64,000 bases of DNA from the human T2T-CHM13v2.0 reference genome, Homo sapiens, in the NCBI RefSeq assembly GCF_009914755.1, contig NC_060947.1; one strand, given 5' to 3'. The translations under genes were made by a program, and so were the position numbers. The notes under the pieces are model-generated. The model saw only the letters and a list, made by a program, of their open reading frames with translations, did not search any database and was not told the origin of the DNA. Shown piece after piece: positions 55,885-64,000 of the stretch (its first letter is position 1; every line of letters begins with the position of its first letter).

Positions 55885-56700
55885 ATGTTCCATGCAACTC
55901 TGCGCTCTGTAGTCCCTATTCCTGTCTTGATCCTCAGCGATTTTAACATTCATGTGGAAAATTATCTCAACACCAGGGGTTCTCAGTTCCTGAACTTTCT
56001 CTCTTCCAATGATTATGCCTTCCATCCCACTTCAGCCACTCACTCCCACTCATATCTGAAAATAACTACCAATAACTGCAAATGCTAGGTAATCTCAATG
56101 GCAAGTAACCCACCCTCTGATCGCCATTTCCTATCTTTCTGGCTCAGTTCCTCTAGAACTACAATTCCAACATCCTTTGCTCCCACCAGGACCATAAATA
56201 TTTTTATCTTTTGACTATCATGTATTTGATATGTTTTCTTTCCTCCTTGTCTATCTTAAATTTGACTTTGAATGATAATAATCACCGTTTGTACACATCT
56301 TCAATACTCTTGAACTTACCATTTTATAATATATTCTTGATAAAAGTAAAACTTGCATTAAATCCGATGTTTCCTATTCAGCATATGAACCAGTAATCTT
56401 TGACACTTTTTCCCTTCTTTATTTATAACATCTTTTACAAAGTCCTACCAATTTTGCCTCTTAAAAGTTTATTTTCTTCATGCAAACATTAATTTTTGCC
56501 AGTGTTATTTCAACAGACTCTTCACTCTCTACTTTCTCTTTATGTGAGTACTTCTCTAATCCAGTCTCCACAAAAATATCGGAGTTTTCTGAAATTCAAA
56601 CATGCATGTATTACTTCATTGGTTAAAATTATTTAATGGTTTCCCGTTACATGTTGAATAAAGTCAAATCTTTTAAAATAGAGCATAAGCTTTTCTAATC
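55885..56700 (+). mobile_element. L2 ORF2 remnant (endonuclease region onward)
   Basis: ORF 55885-56088 contains VLILSDFNIHV and HPTSATHSH, typical of the L2/CR1 endonuclease. Confidence 0.75.
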
Positions 56701-57252
56701 CTCATTTCTTAAAGCTTCTTGGCTTATATTTTATACCACTGCAGCAATGAAGTTCATAGAGCCATAGCATTTGGTTGTGTACAACCATATTTGTTGGGAT
56801 GACAACTTTCGTAGATACCAATATTCTCTCTACTGTTTCATGATTTTTCTCATATCTTTTTTTTTTTTTTCATGGAATACTCTCTTTGTTTATTTTTATC
56901 TAGAAATACCGGAAAGATAGAGGCAGATACTGTTTAATGATATCAGGATCCTCTATTGACACATTCAAATTATTCAATCCCTCCCTTACCACCACCTGAA
57001 TGAGAATGTAGCTTTTCTGATACTAATTTTAGTTTTAAAACCATGCACACATGCCCTGAAATGGTCTAGGATACACTGCTTTGCTCTGTTCTTTCACAAT
57101 AAAATTACTAGCTCTGAGTATAAAAGAGTAGCGGGAAAGAAAGTGCGGAACTTCACAAATCAAGCAAGATGCAAATTTGTCCAGAAAGTATAACTGCAAC
57201 TGCATGGCGCCAAAAGAAAAAATACATCAAAATATGCTACATCTGTTCTTAC

Positions 57253-57291
57253 CTTGTGTTGCCATTTCACTTCAGGTAAAAACTTCTTATG
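57253..57291 (-). other. Candidate small exon with consensus donor
   Basis: ttttccaag|...ATGGCAACACAAG|gtaaga; 39 nt. Confidence 0.3.
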
Positions 57292-58237
57292 CTTGGAAAA
57301 TTAAATTGAGGATTTAATAAAATGTTATACTTGGGTGTATGTGTGCTAACTTCTCTGACATTCAGATATATTTTTAATGAGATGTATAAGTTTTTAAGTA
57401 TCAAATTTGTAAAGATTAAGCAGATGTTAGAAGTAAACATTTCTCAATATTTATAGCAATCTTTTAGAAATATACGTAAAACCATTTTAAATTGCAATCT
57501 TTTTAGGTCAAAAATTCAAAGTCTAGAAATATATAAAAATGGATTAACCTGACAATTGGGTGAGGTATGCATGCACACACATATACATATGCAAACAAAT
57601 GATCTTATCAAATAACTGTCTAAATAATAAAAAACTGGAAACAGATGGTTAATGAAATGTATTGTAACAAGTCCATAAAATGGTGCACCATGTAACCGTT
57701 GGTGGTAATGAAAAATATTTGTATTAATTGACATAAAAAGGCACCACGACATATTTTGGAGTGTCAATAGCAGTGTGCATAGAGCATTTAGAACAACACA
57801 CACACCTGCATCCTCAGACATGGTGTATATATGACTAAGGATACATCTGAAAAGACATTTTCAACATATCGAAAATTTTTAATGCTACTATTTTTGGCTC
57901 CTTTTACTTTCTTTATTACAATTTTCTGTGTTGTTTGAATTTTTCACAATGATTACATATCAATTTTTATAATCTGATGAAAAGTTATTAAATTTAATTT
58001 AAATGTTAAACCATTAAAGTACAAGGAGAATATATTCATGAATGGTTTTATTTTTAAATGGATGGGAAATGGATTTTAAGCCTAATACCTAAGTCAAATT
58101 TAATACAGAAAGAGATACCTAGTTTTGACTGCATAGAAAGAATTTAAGCAATGCAAATTGCAAAACTCATGAACAAACACTAACAACCATAAACAAATAT
58201 TACAGTTACATGGGATAATGGATTAAAGAATGTGTTT

Positions 58238-58537
58238 ACAACACGCTGAGGCTGAGATGGCTGAAATGACAGAAGTAGAATTCAGAATGTGGAGAGGAAT
58301 GAAGGTTACTGAGTTAAAGCAGTACATTGTAACCCAATGCAAGGAAGACAAAAATCATGATAAAATATTACTGGAGCTGATAGACAAAATAGTCAGGATA
58401 GAGAAAAATGTAACTGACCTGATTGATAGAGCTGAAAAACACACTACAAGAATTTCATAATGCAATCACAAGTAGTAACAGCAGAAAAGACAAAGTGGAG
58501 GAAAGAAACTCAGAACTTAAACACTACCTTTCTGAAA
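58238..58537 (+). mobile_element. Old L1PA ORF1 5' fragment
   Basis: AEAEMAEMTEVEFRMW...TQCKE ORF1 N-terminal translation. Confidence 0.85.
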
Positions 58538-60271
58538 CACCACCTGTTCCTTCAAAACTATTGGAATTTAAATAAATAACTAAATAAATATCTCATTACA
58601 AAGAAAGTTAAAGAAGAATATGATTTCTTCCTAAAGAATTGACTCTGCTATCTATTAAGACACTAATTTTATTTTTCTTTATTTGTCTACTGATTGTTTC
58701 CCCAATGAGATGGTAAGCTCCCTGAGGACAGGGACTATGTCTGCTTTTATATTGCATATTCCACCTTCAGCTTAGCACAGTGTCTTGGTAATATTTTGGA
58801 AACTTTAAATAAATATTCGTTCAAATAATAAAAAAAGAAACATTGCAGAAGCCAACAGACAAAATAGCCAGTATAGAGAAGAATGTAATTGACTGGATAG
58901 GGCTGAAAAACACACTACAAGAATTTCACAGTGCAACCACAAGTAGTAATAGCAGAATAGACAAAGCAAAAGAATGAATCTCAGAGCTCAAGACTTCCTT
59001 TCTGAAATAAGACAGACACACAAGAATAAAGAAAAAATAGTGAAAATGAATGAACAAAACCTCTGAGAAATATGAGATTATGTAATGAAATTGAATATAT
59101 GACTGGTGTACCTGAAATAGATGGGGAGAATGGAACCAACTTAGAAAACATATTTCAGAATATCATCCATGAAACCTTCCCCCAACCTAGCTAGAGGGGA
59201 CAGCATTCAAATTCAGGCAATGCAGAGAACCCCAGTAAGATACTCTATGAAAAGATCATCACCAAGACACATAACCACATGGTTCTCCAAGGTCAAAATG
59301 AAAGAAAAAATGTTAAAGGCAGCCAGACAGAAAGGCCATGTCATCTACAAAGGGAAGTACATCAGACTAACAGCGGACCTCTAAGCTGAAGCTCTATAAA
59401 CCAGAAGGAATCGGGCGCTAAAATTCAATGCTCTTAAAGAAAGAATCTCCAACCCAGAATTTTATATCTGGCCAAACTAAGTTTCGTAATCAAAGGAGAA
59501 ATAAGATCCTTTTCAGGCAAGCAAATGCTGAAGAAATTTGTTACCACCAGAACTGCCTTACAAGAGCTCCTGAAGAAATCACTAAATATGAAAGGAAAGA
59601 CCATTACCAGCCACTACAAAAGCACACTGAAGTACACAGACAAGTGACACTATGAAGCAACCACATAAACAAGTCTGCAAAATAACCAGCTAACATCATG
59701 ATGACAGGATCTAATCCACAAATGACAATAATAATACTAAATGTAAATGGGCTAAATGACCCAATTAAAAGACACAGAATGACAAACTAGATAAAGAACC
59801 AAGATCCATTGCCATGCTGTCTTCAAGAGACCCATCTCACATGCTAAGACACACATAGGTTCAAAATAAAAAATGGAGGAAAATTCCAGTCTTTCCAAGG
59901 ACATGAAAAACAGAAAAAAAAAACAGAAGTTGCTAGCCTAGTTTCTAACAAAACAGACATAAAACCAATAAAGATAAAAAAAGACAAAGAAGGGCATTAC
60001 ACAATGGTAAAGGTTTCAATTCAACATGAAGATCTAAGTATCCTAAATATATATGCACCCAGCATAGAAGCACTCAGATTCATAGAGACCTTCAAAGAGA
60101 CTTAGACTTCCACACAATAATAGTGAGAGATTTTAACACCCCACTGACAATACTAGACACATCATCGAGGCAGAAAATTAACAAAATATATTCAGAATCT
60201 GTACTCAGCCCTGTATCAAATGGACTTGATATTTATCTATGGAAGGCCCCACCAAGAAACAACATAACATT

Positions 60272-60647
60272 TTTTATTAGTCTGGTTTCATGCTGCTATA
60301 AAGAATTACCTGAAACTGGGTAATTCAAAAAGGAAAGAGGTTTAATTGACTCACAGTTCAGCATGGCTGAGGAGGCCTCAGGAAACTTACAATCATGATG
60401 GAAATGGAAGCAAACATGTCCTTCTTCACATTGCAGCAAGGAGAAGCATTGAGCAAAAGGAGGAAAAGCCCCTTATAAAACCATGAGATCTCGTGAGAAC
60501 TTACTCACTATCACAAGAAGAGCAGCATGGGGGTAACCACCCCAATGATTCAATTACCTCCTACTAGGTCCCTCCCATGACACATGGAGATTATGGGAAC
60601 TACAATTCAAGATGAGATTTGGATGGGGACACAGCCAAACCATATCA
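60272..60647 (-). mobile_element. THE1 LTR inserted in the L1
   Basis: TATTAGTCTGGTTTCATGCTGCTATAAAG...GGGGACACAGCCAAACCATATCA. Confidence 0.92.
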
Positions 60648-62676
60648 CATTCATTCTTCTCATCACCACATGGCACTTACTCTAATACCAATCACATAAT
60701 CAGAAGCAAAACATTCCTTAGCAAATGCAAAAGAACTAAAATCATAACAACTACTCTCTCAGACCACAGCACAATCAAATTAGAAATCAAGACTAAGAAA
60801 TTCACTCAAAACCACACAATTACATGGAAATTGAACAACCTACTCCTGAATGACTTTGGGGGAAATAATGAAATTAAGGCAGAAATCAAGAAGTTCTTTG
60901 TAATTTATCAATCAGAACAAAGAAAAAAAAATACCAGAATCTCTGGGACACAGCTAAGGCGGTGTTAACAGGGAAATTTATAGCATTAAATGTCCACATC
61001 AAAATGTAAAAGGATCTCAAACAACCTAACATCACAACTAAAAGAACTAGAGAAGCAAGAGCAAACAAAACCCAAAGCTAGCAGAAGACAAAAAAGTAAC
61101 CAAAATCAGAGCTGAACTGAAGGAGATAGAGATGCAAAAAACTATTCAAAACATCAGTGAATCCAGGAGCTTGTTTTTTGAAAAAAAAAATTAATGAAAT
61201 AGATAGATCACTAGCTAGACAAATAAAGAAAAAAAAAAGAAGGTTCAAATACAATCAGAAATGACAAAAGGGATATTACCACTGACCTCACGGAAATACA
61301 AACAACCACCAGAGGATATTATGAACACCTCTATACTTATAAACTAAAAAAAAAAAAAAAAAAAAAACTGGAAGAAATGGATAAATTCCTGGACAAATAA
61401 CACCCTTTCAAGATTGAACCAGGAAGAAATTGAATCTCTGAACAGATCAATAACAAGTTCTGAAATTGAGCCAGTAATAAGTAGTCTACCAACCCAAAAA
61501 AGCCCAGGATCAGATGAATTGAAATCTGAACTTTACCAGCTGTACCAATAAGAGCTGGAGCCATTTCTGCTGAGACAATTCCAAAAATTTGAGAAGAAAC
61601 TCCTCCCTAACTCATTGTATGAGACCAGCAACATCATGATACCAAAACCTGCCAGAGATACAACAAAAAAGAAAACTTCAGGCCCATATCTTTGATGAAC
61701 ATGAATGCAAAATCCTCAGCAAAATACTGGCAAGTAGAATCCAGCAGCACATCAGAAAAGCTTATCCACCACGATCAAGTAGGCTTTATCGCCAGGATGC
61801 AAGGTTGGTTCATCATATGAAAATCAATACATGTGATTCATCACATGAACAGAACTAAAGACAAAAACCACAAGATTAGCTCAATAGATGCAGAAAAGGC
61901 TTTTGAAAAAATTCAACATCTATTCATGTTAAAAAGTCTCAATAAACTAGTTATTGAAAGAACATACCACAAAATAATAAGAGCCATATATGGCAAACCC
62001 ATAGCCAACATCATACTGAATTGGCAAAAGCTGAAATCGTTCCCCTTGAAAACCAGCAAAAGACAAGGATGCCCTTTCTCACCACTCCTATTCAACATAG
62101 TATTGGAAGTTCTGGCCAGGGCAATTAGGCAAGAGAAAGAAATAAAAGGCATCTAAATAGAAAGAGAGAAAGTCAAACTCTTACTGTTTGTAAATGACAT
62201 GATACTATCTGTAGAAAATGCTGTAGTCTCAGCTCAACCACTTCTTAAGCTGATAAACAACTTCAGCAAAGTCTCAGTATGCACAAATCAATGTGCAAAA
62301 ACCATGAGCATTCCTGTATACTAACAACAGTCAAGCTGAAAGCCAAGTCAGGTATGAACTCACATTGACAACTGCCACAAAAAGAATAAAATACCTAGGA
62401 ATACAGCTAACTAAGGAGGTGAAAGATCTCTAAAAGGAGAACTACAAAACACTGCTCAAATAAATCATAAATGACACGAACAAATGGAAAAATATTCCAT
62501 GCTCATAGATAGGAGGAATCAATATCATTAAAATGACCATACCATCCAAAGCAATTTATAGATTTAATGACATTCTTGTTAAACAGCCATTCATATTCTT
62601 CACAGGACTGGAGAAAACTATTTTAAATTTCATATGGAACTGAAAAGGAGCCTGAATAGCCAAAGAAGTCCTAAGC

Positions 62677-62679
<3 letters not shown>

Positions 62680-62715
<36 letters not shown>

Positions 62716-62724
62716 ACACACACA
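62680..62724. repeat. (CA)n microsatellite inside L1
   Basis: About 22 CA units with one interruption. Confidence 0.95.
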
Positions 62725-64000
62725 AAAAAAACAAAGCTGGAGGCATCACACTACCCAACTTCAAACAACACTACAGAGCTACAGTAACCAAAACAGCACA
62801 ATACTTGTACAAAAACAGGCAAATAGATCAAAGGAACAGAATAGAGAACCCAGAAATAAGACCACACACCCACAGCTATCTGATCTTTGACAAACTTGAC
62901 AAAAACAAGCAATGGGGAAAGGATTGTGTGTATGCAGAAGACTAAAACTGGACCCCTTTCTTACACCTTATACAAAAATTAATTCAAGACGGATTAAAGA
63001 CTGAAATGTAAAACCCAAAACTATAAAAAAAACCCTGGAAGACAACTTAGGCAATATCATTCAGGATATAGGCATGGGCAAAGATTTCATGAGGAAGATG
63101 CCAAAACCTATTGCAACAAAAGTAAAAATTGACAAATGGAATCTAATTAAAATTAAGAGCTTCTCCACAGCCGAGGATACTGTCAATAGAGTAACCCGAC
63201 AACCTACAGAATGGGAGAAAATATCTGCAAACTATTCGTCTAGCAAAGGTCTAATATCCTGAATCTATAAGAAAGTTAATAAATTTACAAGAAAAAAAAA
63301 CCCACCTCATTAAAAAGTGGGCGATGGACATGAACAGACACTTCTCAAAAGAAGACATACATGTGACCCACACAATCCTATGAAAAGAAGTTCAACATCA
63401 CTGATCATTGGAGAGATGCAAATCAAAACCACCATGAGACATCATCTCAAACCAGTCAGAATGGCTATTATTAAAAATTCAAAAAATAACAGATGCTGGT
63501 GAGACTGTAGAGAAAAGGGAATGCTTATACACTGTTGGTGGGAATGTAAATTAGTTCAACCATTGTGGAAGACAGTGTGGTGATTCTTCAAAGACTTAAA
63601 GATGGAAATGTCATTCATCCCAGCAATCCTATTTCTGGGCATATACTCAAAGGAGTATAAATTATTCTATTAAAAAGACACATGCATGTGTACGTTCATT
63701 GCAGCATTATTCACAAGAGCAAAGACATGGAAACAACCTAAATGCCTATCAATGATAGCCTGGATAAATAAAATGTGGTACATATAGACCATGGAATACT
63801 ATGCAGCCAATAAAAGGAATGAGATCATGTCCTTTGCAGGAACATGGATGGAGTTAGGGGCCATTATCTTTAGCAAACGAATGCAGGAACAGACAACCAA
63901 ATACTGCATGTTCTCATTTATAAGTGGGAGTGAAAAAATGAGAATACATGGACACATAGGGAGGAACAACACACACTCGGGCCTATCGGAGGGTGGAAGG

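Larger units (their letters stand above)
58840..64000 (+). mobile_element. Old primate LINE-1 (ORF1 part, ORF2, 3' UTR), paralogous to 2000-7205
   Basis: ORF1/ORF2 fragments in the ORF track; same 5' junction and flank as the 2-7 kb copy. Confidence 0.93.

Overview
Primate (probably human) AT-rich, repeat-dense genomic DNA with no intact protein-coding gene. The recognisable ORFs in the track are decayed LINE-1 ORF1/ORF2, antisense L1, Alu or L2 translations. Repeats include several kb-scale L1s (L1PB, old L1PA, L1PA7-like, L1MA, L1ME), about 8 Alus, MaLR and ERV1 LTRs, a Charlie-type DNA transposon, and MIR/L2/MER fragments. The main hidden signal is a chain of about 11 exon-like blocks on the minus strand (about 39.6 kb down to 10.4 kb, with possible 5' exons at 53 and 57 kb). 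Most have GT/AG ends and several junctions are phase-compatible. Read through stops and frameshifts, they give SEA, several CUB and a pentraxin-like module followed by a Ser/Thr linker. I interpret this as an old, unprocessed pseudogene of an extracellular mosaic protein, most plausibly ADGRG-type adhesion-GPCR-like, continuing left of the window. Other structure: one exon is locally duplicated, and a composite L1 block at 1.7-7.2 kb has an ancient copy at 58.5-64 kb. Domain and subfamily calls are by eye against remembered motifs, not computed alignments.
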